The notes below the pieces were generated by a model. It did no database searches and had not been told where the DNA came from. It saw only the letters and a program-made list of their open reading frames with translations. Shown piece by piece: positions 14,607-28,859 of a stretch of 64,000 nt of DNA. Positions within the stretch are counted from its first letter, which is position 1; each line of letters starts with the position of its first letter. The position numbers and the translations under genes are program-made. Source of the DNA: Lepidodermella squamata (lineage: Eukaryota; Animalia; Gastrotricha); the NCBI GenBank assembly GCA_047495785.1, contig JBLDXI010000009.1, forward strand, positions 744,001 to 808,000, given 5' to 3'.

Positions 14607-17183
14607 ATGGATGACGACGAGAACGATGAATTTATTATTGGCGATGACCATGAAGAAGATACTGCTTGGTTGATTGATCTGGAGGCTGCTCTACTTTCCG
14701 ATTGCGACTTCGGAACTTTGCGTAGTCTATGCCATTCTCGCACCATTCCTCGACATTTGAGGGCTGCAGTTTGGAGGGTATATATTTCGTATTTTATGTT
14801 CATCTGTTCTTTGATATTCCGTTTTATCAGATTTGCTTGAACATAGAAAAACGCGAAGCTGTTGTATTCCAAGATGTTTTTGATCTGCCCGAACAAACTC
14901 TCATCCACGATGATTGTGTTCTACACGTCGGTATGCGTTCAAATATTGGCTATTTAATTAAAGCCCTTACAACTGGTTGAAATTTTATAGGTAAAATTGA
15001 ATTTGAGTCGGAAACTGACAAGATAGCTGCCTTGAGCCATATGGAATCGGTCATAACAGAGTTCTGTAAGCGAACCGGTCAAAAGTATTCTTCTTCTCGG
15101 AGGTGGATGGATATTTTACGGCATCTTTTGGCTTTGAACTTGTCACGCCAGGACTTGTATCATTTTTTCGTCGCTGTTACTGAAAGATACAGTGTTTGGA
15201 ATATTGGCCTGATTAACGCATCCTCTACTTTATTCCGTTTACTGATGTTGTACCATGATCCTGAGCTCTGTTCTCTATTTGACACAAAGAAAATCGACAT
15301 CTCATCACTGCTGCGCCCATGGTTGTTGAGCGTCTTTGCCGAGGGAGTTCCATCATCTGACGTTCTTCTCACGTTTTGGGACTTTTATTTTCTGCAAGCA
15401 GACACATTTTTCGTTTTCTTTCTGGCCTTTGTTATTGTCCTTAATTTGAAAGAACAATTGACTGGAGAATGGAAACCGCTTGACAAGGAGGAAATCGTCA
15501 AAAAAATACATGAAGCTTTGAGCCAGCTGTCCGCTGAAGATATTCCAGACTTCTTTCAGCTCTCCTTACATTACGCCAGTCAGACTCCAGCTTCGTTTCG
15601 GAACGATTATTCGTTTTTGTTTTTTGACTCAACCACTCATCAACGTGATGAGCAATGCACTTCTGACCCTTCTCAAGACGCAACTACTGTCTCTCCATCT
15701 CCTGACGAGTTGACGAAGTTGGATACTGCCCTCTGCCTGCAGCTTTCGGTTCCTGAGCTCATGCAATCACTTCAACTGGTATTAATTATCCCTAACTAAA
15801 CGCGCGTAATTTTATAAGATCAAATTGAATTTTTTTACATTTCGCTCTCTTAAATTTAAGTGCCATTGATTGCAGTCGGTAGAAATGATCATATTTTATT
15901 TTCAGAGTGGTGCTTTGAGATTCTTCATTGTGGATTGTCGCCCTCCAGAACAATATAACTTCGGCCACCTTCGAGGATCTGTTCATTTGGACGCAACTCT
16001 GGTAAATGAGATTTTACCTTCGAAACTAATTGCTCTTTATTCTCACTTGAATAACAGCTTCTTGATGATCCAAATGCGTATAACACAGCAGTAGCTGCAG
16101 TCATCGACCTTCAGCAGTCTCGATTGTCTCATAACGGAGAGGCGGACCCAATAACTGGGCTTGGACCTGGTCATATTTGCTTTGTTGGTAGCGGACGCGA
16201 CGAAGAGGATAAATTGGTGAATATGGTCATTGCTAACTTCCTTCAAAGACAAATGCGCCGAGTTGCAGTTTTACGTGGTGGCTACGCTGCTGTTCACGAT
16301 GCCTCGTGGGCCAACCTTGATGAAGCTATAGCTGATCACGATGGGAAAAAGTGTATTGTTTGTCTGGAAAATCCACATATTGGAAGTGCCAGAAAGCCGT
16401 CCCCAAAAGCCTCATCGGGGTAATTGATACTACATTTCATTATTAGCATTCTCAACAATCCGTATTATTTCTAGTGCTTCTGGTTCCATTGGCAAGAACA
16501 GCGGGAAAGAATGGACTCAGCAAACGATGAGTATGATGCGTGGATTTGGGTCATCTCTGAAATCTAGGTTGGGAGAGGTAATGTCAAAAAGCTTAGCGGT
16601 AGCGGCGAACACTGCGCAAGCGGGTGAAAGGCACGGTAGTGGATTCTCTCTGCCTAGCCGGGTGGCACATGTGATCGGCACGGGATCGAAGGCTTATAGA
16701 AAGCAACAGCAAACCGATGTTTTCGCCGTGAACGAAGAGTTTGAAGATCAAGATGACGAACCAGAAACTGTTAATATCGCCGGCTTCACCGGAAGACCTG
16801 ACGTAAAGCATTGCTTCAGCTGCAAACTCTTGGACAAAGATGAGAATCTGATTCCAGCTCATCTAGTTATTACCACTTCTCATGTAATAATCCTTCGCGT
16901 TTTAGAAGATGTGCCCGAGATGGCTTGCATTCATTCGCGGAAACGCCTGGATGCGGTTATGAAGATAACTTCGAGACGACAAATGCCTGAACTGATCACT
17001 TTGCGTTACGGAAGACTGCTGCCTGAACCCGTCGATGGACCTGCGGATGACCAAGAACAGCGAATGGAAATCGATAGCGGAGATCGGCTTTACATTCCTG
17101 AACGAGCGGGTGAAGCTGCATCGGCCGTCAAATATCAGATCGTTCAATATTTGCGATCCACAAATCCTGGATCAGAATTATGA
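14607..17183 (+). CDS. TBC1D23: TBC1 domain family member 23 (TBC, rhodanese, PH-like), multi-exon
   Basis: WLIDLEAALL, FDLPEQ, FRLLMLYHDPELCSLFDTKKI, TPASFRNDY, FFIVDCRPPEQYNFGHL, HICFVGSGRDEED, KITSRRQMPELITLRYG. Confidence 0.92.
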
Positions 17184-17565
17184 TCAGCTATTTAAAAAAA
17201 TAACAGGTTTTTCATTAAAATGATCAATCATATCGTTGGCATCGATTTCTTTTGGCAAGGTTCTCTGACGGTGATTATGTTTTATTGTATGAAGTTGAAG
17301 TGCAAATAATAATCCAAGAATTAAAATTATGTGATGCTTGTGTTGTAAATATACATTAAAACTTTCTGCTGCATTCGTCAATAATTTGTGAAGGTTCATC
17401 ACCAACGGCGCAATTTTTTTAGCCATTGAAGTCTAATTTAAAATATTTAGCTATTTTGTGGTGTGACTCGCTATTCGGCAAGCCTTTGTCTTTGTCGTTT
17501 ACTGAAAATGAGAAAAAACATCACCAATAAAAGATGCCAGAATTACTTTATCAGAATGATTTATT

Positions 17566-19419
17566 TCATTTTGTTTGCACAGAGGAATGAGTAGCATCAT
17601 TTTCCGGTGGTAACAATGGTGGCAGCGAATTTTTTTTCAGAGCTGATTGCGTTTTGAGATGGCGCCATCCTGTAACGTGCTGTCTCCATTGGGATTCTCG
17701 AACAAATACAGGTTTGTCTTTGCAAATAGTGCACTGACGTCGAACGATAGGGTCGGGTTTCGATTTCTCAGTTTTTAAATTCTCGGGAACCAAACCGGAT
17801 GATTCCAAGAAACGCAGAGAATCGCTGCCACATCCGCGAGCCACCGCGCTCTCAACAATGGCCGTTGCATCACTTACTATTTTTCGCCAAGCTGCATTCA
17901 TTTTATCAATATTTTTTTCATTAGCCATTTGCACGAAGTTGCTGGCGTCCAAGCGGAATATTGGGGGACACAAATCGGCCACACGACGTTTCAAAAATCT
18001 GAAATTCGTGTTCGAATAATTATAACTGAGTCCACTGACTTTTCTAAATAATAGTTTACCTATTTCTGATCCATGTGAGCTGCTTTCTAGCATAACGGCG
18101 GGTCTTTATCTTCATCTCTTCGACAGAATTTTCATACACTTTCTTGCCATCTTCAGAATTTTTGGTTTGTTCATTCATTGCAAGATATGGCAAAAATTCC
18201 TTCAAACCAATTGACTGGAGCACGCCACTATGAACGAATTGTTCTGCAGCAGCAATAAAGAAATACATTACCTATATTTCACACCTAACTATCAATTTTA
18301 CACACCTTTCAGTTTCACATCGTCACTCGAAATTTCGGGATGTTGCTCCTTGAAACGGTCGTAGAAGTCTGATAATTCGGCGATAAGACCGTCACGTATC
18401 ATTTCGTCAATGCGCGCATTTAAGCGAGTATCGAGAATTTTCTGAAACAATTAAAGTTTACAGATATTTGTAGGTTCGGAAAATTCTGATTGGCAACCTA
18501 TACCTGATCACAATCCAGCCATATCATCAGTGCGTTGCTGAAGCGTGGATTTCCTGACATCTTGTTATGTCCTTGATCACTATTCGCAAGTGTCTCCCCA
18601 TCACCAGACACACCATGCTGTTCGGCATAAAATGCACTGAGCTGTTTCCCGGTTTTCCTGAACACTTCCAAGGCTCGTATCACTTTCCTCCTATCGTTCG
18701 GGTGCAAAGAATAAGCGGTTTTAGGGTCAACGCGCTCCAAATCAGCAAAAAGCTCTTCGTTTTTCTTATCGGTCATGTCATCCCTGCTGTATTCCGAATC
18801 GTTCGGCGATCGCTCAGGAACCAGATGGTCAAACAGAACCTAAGAATATAATGTAAAATGAACTATTCGCCAGTCACCGAAACCTACAGATTCTATGTAG
18901 TACATCGTGCCACCGACTAATACAGGAACTCGTTTTCGATTCAAAAGATTCTTTATAATTGGCAGGGCATCTCGCTGGAAGTTATGAACTGTGTATCGAC
19001 TGGAATCTTTCATTAAATCGTGAACACCAAGCAAATGATGACGGCATTTTAGATTCTCCTCTGCAGAAATCTGCGGCGCATTATTTTCAGAAAAATTAGC
19101 AAAATGTCAGACTGAATCAAGGTGCAAACTTCTCACTTTATTCGTGGAAATATCCAAGCCAGCGTAAATTTGCATCGCGTCACCTGGTCAAATCAGTATA
19201 TTATGTCTTGACAACAATAGATAATCATAACAGCATACAATTAATGCATTCAGCATCTTTCAAATGAAGAGCGATATCAATTGCAAGTTTTGATTTGCCA
19301 ACTCCACTAGCTCCAATTACCGCAATGACAGGTGTTTCGGACTGTATATTCGCCATAAAGCGTTTAAAACAAGAGTATAACTTGAATGTGCGCGTTGAAC
19401 TTCTTATGCCAGTAAGCAT
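17566..19419 (-). CDS. TRIT1: tRNA dimethylallyltransferase with two in-frame starts (19419, 19356), multi-exon
   Basis: P-loop GASGVGKS, INCDAMQIY.GLDISTNK, VGGTMYY, LHPNDRRKVIRALE, QSIGLKEF, TRRYARKQLTWIRN, C-terminal zinc finger CTIC..QWRQH..G.RH. Confidence 0.93.
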
Positions 19420-19429
19420 AAGCCACCAG

Positions 19430-19657
19430 TTAATTAGTTTTTGATTGTTTCGTGGCAGAGGAAGCGGCGTTGGCAACAGCTCGAACTTGCACCTCAATGT
19501 TTTTCCTGATTGACTTCTCTAGTTCCTTGTTCACTCGTTGCCGATCTGTTTGCGGTGCTTTCTTGACGACTCTCGATTTATTAACCGCTTTTATCTCTTT
19601 ACCTGGACGCTTAAATGGCACGTTGGTCTTTCCAGGTTTAATTTTGCCCTGAGGCAT
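19430..19657 (-). CDS. C19orf53: Leydig cell tumor 10 kDa protein homolog (UPF0390, C19orf53-like), 75 aa
   Basis: MPQGKIK start, Lys-rich, KELEKSIRKNIE..VRAVA pattern typical of the family; single exon. Confidence 0.7.
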   Translation of the reverse strand: MPQGKIKPGKTNVPFKRPGKEIKAVNKSRVVKKAPQTDRQRVNKELEKSIRKNIEVQVRAVANAASSATKQSKTN

Positions 19658-20082
19658 CTATCATGAAAAATAAAAATCAGCAATTGAAGCAACACGGTAC
19701 TTTACTAGGATTTGATTGGTGATATTCAAAAATGTTTTACATCGCATCTTTGTAACATCATGTAAGAGTGAAAAAATAAAATCTTCGAAAAAAATTATCA
19801 TCGAGTCTCAGATATAAAATTTGTTATCGAAAGTCATTCAATAAAAACATGAGGTATTTGTAAATTGTACAGCATAATAATGATAATATGGTACTCCATA
19901 AACATGGCACATACTGACAGTAAGAGAAAACGTAACAAGAATTATGTCGGCACTATTTGAAATCATTTCGTAAGCCTAGATACAGCTGGATTCCCAGTTT
20001 CAAGTATTGTGAATGGAAGTAGATGATCTCATTATCAGCGGTCTTATCGTCAATGCGAAAATTGAAAAGACATCGGAGGAGG

Positions 20083-21391
20083 TTATAAGACTTTTTGAGG
20101 AAATACTTCGCGCTTACATAACGGACAGCTTGTCACCAGAACCAACCACTCATCAATGCAAACATCATGAAAATAATGTCTACATGGCAGTAATCTAACG
20201 AGGCTGAAGTTTTCAATTGTATCGAGGCATATTGGGCAAACGTTTCCAGATTCTGATTTATCAGCAGGGTGAGCAGGGATGAGGTTTTCAATCATTTCGA
20301 TATTGCAGGCAGGGGTTTTGCAATCTCCAAATAAAGCTAATCCGCCAGGTACCTGTTACAGAAAGTAAACTCATAATTGCGCAGATCATTTCGAAAACAC
20401 AAACCGTTCTGAAGAACCGGAAAGTGCAGAAAAAGTGTTTCATACGCAGCAATACAGCAAAGAAAATGGATAGCACTGCTACAGAAGAAGCATTCCACAC
20501 AGCAACGACAGTGTCTTTCCCAGAAGAAGTCCCTGCACAAAAAACTCCATCAGGGCGTGTGGAGAGAGGGTTTCGAGTCCGGCTGCAGACAGTCCACACG
20601 GAAACTGTTGCTAACTTTTCTGAAGGCGAATTGTTTATTTTAGCCTTCACCACAAAATTCCTGAAAAAATATGATATCTTCACGTTCACACGGGGAAGCA
20701 CGTGAAGTGTCTTACTTTTCAAACAGATTCAGTACAGCTGAAATATTATCGGCAGAATTAATAGCAACAACAGGTATCTTGCTCTCTTCGGAGCTTTCAT
20801 GTTTGACCTTGAGGTGAGATATAAAAATCTCAACAATTACAACAGCCAAGGAAGCGTTTTATGATAAAATCACCTGATCAATGAATTCAGGGTCGAGATT
20901 AAGGCATAAAAATATCAATGCTGACGCACCGAATTGCAAGGAGTTACGAATCTAGTACAAAGAGATAATTTGGATACTAACCAAAAACAAAATGTAGACA
21001 ATATTTCTTACGGCAGATGTAATGAAAGCCGTGCTTCGTTCGGAAGAAACGGTATCGGGACAAGCTAATACTCCGACCCACTCGCCTACTCGGTTACTGA
21101 GATTGTAATATCGGCGAAATGTAACCTGTAATTTAAATAATAAATCAATGCATTCCGAGAAAATAAACATTCGCCAACCTCGTGAGCCAAGCCGCTGGCT
21201 TCTCCTTGAAAATTCGAAATGAATGCGCCTCTTGTCAAAATTCCTGTGATAAGATAATTTGAGGAGTTGGAAGTGATAAGAAAACCTCTAGAAAAACCTG
21301 AATGACTCTTGTAACCAGAAGACCATTCGATTGTGGCCGAGGCAGTTACACACGTATGCAGGGATTGTAAAATCCATACAAACGGAATCAT
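20083..21391 (-). CDS. RNF215: PA-TM-RING-H2 E3 ligase, RNF215-like, multi-exon
   Basis: Signal peptide, RNSLQFGASALIFLCL, VSVWTVC...GVFC...VWNA plus TM, RING-H2 CPICLD...RLLPCRHYFHDVCIDEWL...CPLCK. Confidence 0.7.
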
Positions 21392-22843
21392 TGAAACTAC
21401 CTAGAAATTGTTTTCATATGTTATTTTTTATAAAATTTCGGCGGAGAGTGGAAGCTACGAAATAAGACATGGGGGAAAGGGGAAGATCTGTTTAGATGAG
21501 CACCGACTTTTCAATGTGACCATTTATTAAAAACGAAATAGCCAAAAATTGCAACAGGCACTATAAAAATGGCAGAAACCATTATGACATGGTACAATAA
21601 GAGCAAACTTGTAAAGTAAAATATGACGGATGGCTATAACTTGTCTCATTTAAAATAGAAATTATAATCTGGGCTGGTTTAGGAATGTGTTGACTCCAAG
21701 TTTTTCGGGTTAGTTCGCGGAGTTTAGAGAGCTCAGCGCCTTCTTTGAACTTTGAATAACCTAATCTGAGGGACCCCTATAACAAAATTCAGTTCGCGTC
21801 AACCTTTATCATGAGCCAAAAGCCAAAGCATGCATGGGATATGGGTTCTGAGACTTCACGGCGTTCTTCCTTTCGCCTGAACGCATCTCGCATTTCGCAT
21901 TTGAAAGGCTATAGCTTCACCGAAAAAAAACCTGCGGATAATTAATTTGTTTTATGAGTATAAGGTCTTATATATAATTTTAATGGTAAAGATCATTGAG
22001 CAGATAATATCTATGAAGTTTTACTTTGAAAATTTTGAAACCCCGCGCGCTTGGTTTTGGTGGCCGACAGAGAACCTTGAGATTTGTGAGTCGGTTCCAT
22101 GGTCCACGGTCCACGGTCGGACATCGGACATCGGACAGAGATCGGAGATTGGAAATGATTAACCTTTAAGCTATTAATCGTACGATTTGTATCAATTTCA
22201 ACTTCAAAAGTCCTTATCCTTAAAGTGGATAGTGGATAGCTGTTTCTACCTGATGATTGATGATGGGCGGAATTTTCCGCTTACTAACTATAATTGCTAA
22301 ATAGCGTTAAAAGCGGCACATAGCATATACATATTACAATGGCCTATTAATCATTGGCCATTAATCACGAGAAATCAGTTATGTAACAGTTTATGATAAA
22401 CTTCCCTTGAAATCTGCGGCAATGCGATCCCTTGCTTCTTACTTGTCTTGCGTCTTGCAAAAAGCCCTAAGTCCCGAGCATTAGAACGGAAGGCGACCTG
22501 TTGTTTCGAATCAAATCAACACCTTAACATGAATAGTATGGTGAAGCGTGAAGCGTAATATTCACCGGCGCAAACTTTGAGATTTGTTGAGTTGATTGGA
22601 GGTTAATGCGTACTCTTTGACGTTGAGCGGGGCACGGGGCATAGCTTATCACCGCTTATCCATGTGCTCACCATCACTCAATACTCATTACATTCATGAT
22701 TAACAACATCTTTCGCTAGAGATAGTCACTGAACTGAGTTCAGGCGTTACCGTCCAATTCCCAATTCCTATAAATCTGTGGCCTCCTGTCTCAATGGACT
22801 TCTTGTGTTATTTATGATTACCTATTTACCTTCCGTTTTAGAT

Positions 22844-25800
22844 ATGAGTGCATACTCAAATTTAAGGCGAGCTCAGCTCAGCCTTGATTATTTGCATGCC
22901 AATTCAACAACCCACGAATTTCTCTTCGGAGCCTTAGCTGAAATGGTAAGACTTTTTCAATGCCATCGTTGATCTAAGACTTGACAATTTAAATTTCAGG
23001 TCGACAACGCAAGAGACGCTCAAGGTCAGTTTTGTTTTTAGTTGTTTGGTAGAAGGGTGAAATAATTTGAATTTCTTCATGACAGCTACTCAATTGGAGA
23101 TCTTCGACTTGCCGAATCCCGCTTTGAGAGGTGGCTTTGCACTTTGCTTTCTTGACGACGGGGAGGGAATGCTCCCAGAGGAAGCAGCTCGCGTTGTGAC
23201 ATTTGGCTACTCGGAGAAGCGGGCTAAATCTGACAATCTGATAGGGTGTGTATCAACGCGCCTCATATAACTTGAAGCAAATGTGTATTTTCCTCATCAA
23301 TGCATTATAGTATGTACGGTAATGGTCTGAAGAGTGGATCAATGCGAATCGGCAATGATTTGATCGTATTTACAAAGAAGAACAATTTTTGCTCGATCTT
23401 GTTTCTCTCTCGAACCTTTCACGAGGCTGAGCACCTTATCGAAGTCATCGTCCCCGTACCAAGTTTCGATGCAACGACGAAAAAGCCTGTAGAAGACGGC
23501 GATCCGGAAACGCACAGACAAGAGATTGATATTATCTTGAACTATTCTCCTTTCAAGTCAAATGCTGACCTCATGGCTCAGTTTGATCGCATAACTAGCG
23601 ACAGTGGCACTCTTGTTATTGTTTTTAATCTGAAATTGCTCGACACTGGCAAGTGTTGCAAACAAATTGGCTGAAGTATTAACTGTGTTCACTTTTCTCA
23701 GGTGAACCCGAACTCCAGTTCACCACTGGTGATGTGATTCTAGCAAATCCACCCGGACACGAGTTTGATTCAGATGAAGTGTAGGTTTTGCGATGCTGTT
23801 AGTCTTTTTCAATATCTTGATATTTATTCAGTTTGCACGAAGAACAAAAATCTTTTGCCGCCTATTGCTCAATTCTTTATATGGATCCGCGAATGAAGGT
23901 AATGTGAATGATAGAGCTTTTCACTAAATGTAATTAATTTGCTGTAGATTTATATTCAAGGTGTCAAAGTTCGAACAAGGAAGGTTTTGGCAGATTTATA
24001 CAAGCCCAAGATGTACAAATTCTCATCCGCTCGGTACTTATAAAATATTTTACACACCATACAATCTATTAATCATCTGATTTAGCTTCAAAGCTCGCTC
24101 GGAAGGAGAGCTGAAAAAAGTTGAGGCGGACGCGTCCAAGTACGAATATCTTGCCCGTGAAGCTGAATCGAAAGCCCGAGATTTGCAGAAAAAATGCGCT
24201 GCTCAGCTCACCAATCTCAGATTACGTCAAGAATGTCGCCGAGCCGACGAAGAGGCCTCTCGTTTACGGCAACAAGCTCAATTGTACAAGCATCTCGCGG
24301 AAAGGAAGAAAAAGTATAGCCTAAAGCTACCAAGTAATTTTTGCTTCAATTTTTCATTTTAGAGAGTTGAAAGATCCAAAGACGCTGACGATGTATTTCG
24401 GCGTGCAGCTCAATCACCGAGGCAGAGACGGGGCGTTTGTTTACAATTGCAGCCGTTTGATCTCCATGTATCATCGTTTTCCCGATGGTGTTCCTCGCGG
24501 CGTGGTCGCAGTAGTTGACGTGCCCTACCTCGTGTTAGAACCAACTCACAACAAACAGGACTTCGCAGATGCTAAGGAATTTCGGCATCTGATGCGTGCA
24601 CTCACTGAGCACGCCATGTCTTACTGTCGCGATTTGAATTTTGATAAAGCCGACAAAATTGAGAAGTTTTGGCTTGATTTTGGCTACACCAATGTGACAG
24701 ATTGGAATGTTGAGCCCTCTGACGAACCGAAGTTTCTTCGCAAGCGACGCGCCGAGGTTCCGATAGTCATCCAATGCGACAGCTGCCTCAAATGGCGCGT
24801 TTTACCTTTTGCTGTGAATCCTCCAACTCAATACCCATCTGATTGGCACTGCGCGTTGAATCCCGACAGCAGTTGCAACCGATGTGGAGCTCCGGAGCAG
24901 CGGCAAACGATTCCTGAGGCTGTTTTCCACCGACCAGTTGTCAGTCAGTCTGAGGCTGCTGAAAAGTTGGCGGAAGACATTCGTAAAAAGCAGGCTCAAT
25001 TAGCCAAAATTCAACCTGTTGCCAGCCCTCCACCACCACCGCCGCCTCCTGCGAAGACCCAGCCGGTCCCTGTTTCGGTTCCTGAGAAGCCCATTGTAGA
25101 GAAACCGACTGAATCGACCCCGCCTCCCAAGCCGGATTCGACTTCTGGCCAATCTTCAGCACCTCAGAAGTCGATCGTTCCTGCTGAAGTCGGGTCTCCT
25201 TCCAGGCTCTTACGTCCAAGGGGTTCTTCTTCTGAGCTCGCATCCAATGGCCATGGAGATGTTGATGAAGCTGAAAGTAATACGGAGCCGGCCAAGCGAC
25301 GCAAGGTTGATTCGCCTCCTCGGCCTAGTCGAACTTCTACACGGACTGCTGCTAAAGGTGCGAAGGTTGAGTCAGAATCCGAGGAAGAAGAAAGCGAAGA
25401 GGAGGAAGAAGAAGAGGCGCCGCCTCCTAAGAAGGCAGCCCAAGTTAAGCAGCCTGCACCCAAACCATCGCCGGTTAAGCCACCTGCTGCCGGGAAGAGA
25501 CTCGCAAAACCAGTACAAGAAGAAAGTGAGGAAGATGAGGATGATGAAGAGGAAGAGAGTGAGGAGGAAGACGACGAAGAGGAGGAGGAGGAACAACCCG
25601 CAAAGGTTGCCAGTTCTTCAAAACGCTCACGCCCCGCCCCTACTGCTTCGCCGAAGAAGACAGTTGCCGTTACTTTGAATCAAAGTTCCGTCACTCAACT
25701 GGTTGATAACTACCGTTCATGTATCAGGTATATTTCACATTTTCTATTCGACCTTCAACCTGTTTTTAATGAAACGCAAAATTAGTTGTTTGAATTGTTA

Positions 25801-26408
25801 CTTAGCTTTATCAATTACACTTCAAAAGTTTTAAAATTCAATGCAAATATTCATGTTTTTTTATTAAAAACAAGACCGAAATCAATTGGTACTTAATTAC
25901 TCGAAGAAATTCATTTACCAACCATGCAATTTACGGTCATTTTCATAACTGTGATGAATTATTATATGTTTCCCTTTTTATATATTTTCATGTCTTCTAC
26001 AGATATTTCTTGCCACCTGGTTGGAAGAAATTCAACAAGGAGCAAGTTTCGAATCTCCCTGCGAGCAAGCTGGTCGCTTTCCCACAGCAAGAGTTTTTTG
26101 ACGAATATGAGCGTGGTTTGAAGTCTCTTGTTGGTAAATTGCGAGATGAAAATGTTGCAACTAAGAAGCAGCTCGGAAATGTTCGGCGAATGGTCGCGTC
26201 GCTTTTGGAAAAGCTTCTCGACAAGCCGCCTGGAACGCTGGTGCAGTGTGTCTCTGAACACCCTGATAACCATGAAATTGATGACTTGCTTAAAACTTGT
26301 GTCGATAAAACGAGTTCTGGTGGTGACAGCAAAAAGTCGGGAAACGCAGCGTCATCGTCAGCGTCATCTTCAAAGCCACTTGCTAGAAAAGGGTCAAGTT
26401 CGCGATAA
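22844..26408 (+). CDS. MORC2: MORC family GHKL ATPase with CW zinc finger, multi-exon
   Basis: [63 protein letters not shown] finger [17 protein letters not shown]-terminal coiled coil. Confidence 0.92.
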
Positions 26409-28859
26409 CATTTTTATTTCTATCTCGTTCACTACTTTTTCATCGCGCCGGTTATACGAAGCGAAGATCAGTGCCAACGTGATTTGGTATGAGACATGAT
26501 TATTTTGCTCAAAAATAGCCATTATTCGCAACAACGCGTTGTCTGGTATACTAGGTTGTATTGATATATGACGAGCATCTTCGCCTCTTCGTTTGATTTT
26601 ATTGTTCGGTAATGACAAGTAATTTTGTTACTGTTTTTTTGTTATCCAGTGTATTTAAAAATTATTACCGGTAAAATTGTCATTTTCCATGCTGCCACAG
26701 CATTCATTGATGGCTGCGCGTGAATAAAGAATAGGCGTATTTCAATTCAGAGTGGAAGCGTGATTTTGTTGAAAAATATGATTGTTTTGATACTTTTGCG
26801 CGTGTCACAAAAAAGTCGAAAAATGCAATGTAAATATTAAAACTAAGAGTCATTATGCCTCGAAAAACAAATAAAACAACACTTATATGCAATTGATCTG
26901 TCTTGTTTCTTCATCGCAGTGTTTGGTGGGAAATCAAATTATCGCAAATGTGAAATAGTACCCCACTCCGAAGCTCATGCAAACAGCAATTAAGTTATTG
27001 TCCGTCTTGAATAGCAGCCCGTTCTTTTGAACCACTAAGAAAATTTTTGAATTTCAGCGTTTTCGATTTAGCAAACAGCGCCATCGGAGGAAAATGTCGA
27101 TAGTCAGTTTGCAAAACCATTCTACCATTGTTCGACAAAAATCCTGGAATCCTCTGAATCAGTAATGAAAATGATGGCGATGATGACGCATAACTAGCTT
27201 CAGAAGGCGGAAAAACAGTTCTTGTATGTACATTCTGGTTTTTATAAGCCTATCATGAATAGGCCCATTTCCCATTTCAAATAGCAGCCCATTTTTGACC
27301 CGTTTTGAAGGATTGAAAATTCAGTCGCCCGGGCTGTCGCTTCAAGTTTCAATATTTCAGGTATTTCAGGTAGCACAGTTTTTGCCGATTCGAGTTTGTG
27401 AGCCTCATAATAATATACATACAAACTAAAAAGATAGATCCAAGTTGGTGCTTTTGACGTCGAGCCGCCACATCCGAGGGTTGGGAGTTGGGACCATTTA
27501 AAAAATTACCTGTTTAAATTGGATTTGCAGATATTGCCGAGGCGCATTGAACGGAATCCAAAGCTGAACGCCCGAATTTGAACTACTAAACCCGAACAGA
27601 TACCAGTTTCAACTCTGCATACCAACAGTTTTCACGCGCCGTGGTGAATAATTGAAATAATTTTATTGACAGGGCAGTAATGAAACGTTGAAATAAATTT
27701 TCGCATGTTTTCCGAATTCGCAGAATTTAATCAATCGCTGACGAATTATCTGGTTCTTTCGTAAAACAGGGCTCGCAAGCAAAAGCTCATGAAAAGGCCA
27801 CGAAATAATGAAATCATTCATGCGATATGCTCCAGTGAAGCTCACATAATCACGTGCTGACGGAAAATTTCACTAATTTCTCTTAATCCTTTTTCTGTCG
27901 GAACAGTGATATTTCATTATATATTAATGGGCCAGGTATTGACAGTCAGGCGTCACATTTTACCTACAATTTCAGCGGATTTCACAAAAGTTGTATTCTT
28001 GACGAGTATTGTTCAACGGCGAGTCGGAATAACTATAATGGCACATTGTACTTGGGAACGGCCAAAAAGTGGTACGTGGCGCGAATTTTGCAGCGGCGAG
28101 TTGTAAGTTGTACTAGGCGAGGCATGACTGGTTCATTTGATGCCTACCGCAGACTTGACAGTGTAATCAGCCCCAAATTTCCCGCTAATATAAATTGGTT
28201 TTTCTATTACTTCTCCACGTTGGTCTTCAGGCCTTGTCAAATTGTAAAATAATGAAATTAAATCGTTACCTTTGACTGTAACGCCGATCAGATATGGGAA
28301 TCAGGCTAATTGCGATTAAAGCAGTCGTGGAACGCGCTCCGAATCGCGCATGTTATTCACGCAATATTCGTGTTAAAGCGGCTCGGTACAGAGACACGCG
28401 CGCACGACCACAAAGGCAACATGCCGCCCCGTGCGCGCTCCGACAATGGTCTCGATCGGTAATAAAGGTTACCTATGTGCGCGCTTTCGGGAGCCGCCTT
28501 TCGTGATGCCTTTCGGACGCGGAATTCGCGGAGAATTACACCTCCAAATTTCGCTATCATTAGTCACATCGTAGCCAGTACACGTTCACCGACCCGGCGG
28601 TCGTTGACCGTGTTGTCAAGGTGGTGCTATCGCTAACCGACAGCGCCACTGCGTCCTTTCCACCTATTAGCTTCCATTGCCGGCCAATGAGATGTTGTAT
28701 AGTGTGGTCACTACCTTTGTTTCCTAAATTATCGTTTAAACCTGCGCGTGCCGTTGTTTAAACTCGCGTAGAGTAGAGAAGAGTCTCCAGACTGACTTCT
28801 GGGTGCAGCGCGGTACTTGATGCCTTTGAACTTTTGCGCGGCATGTTTCTAACTTCCTG

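Noticed and set aside
22844-26408. Functional link between MORC2 (a TE silencer) and the nearby retroelement
   Set aside because: They are 23 kb apart in a gene-dense region and the insertion is very recent; proximity is uninformative.
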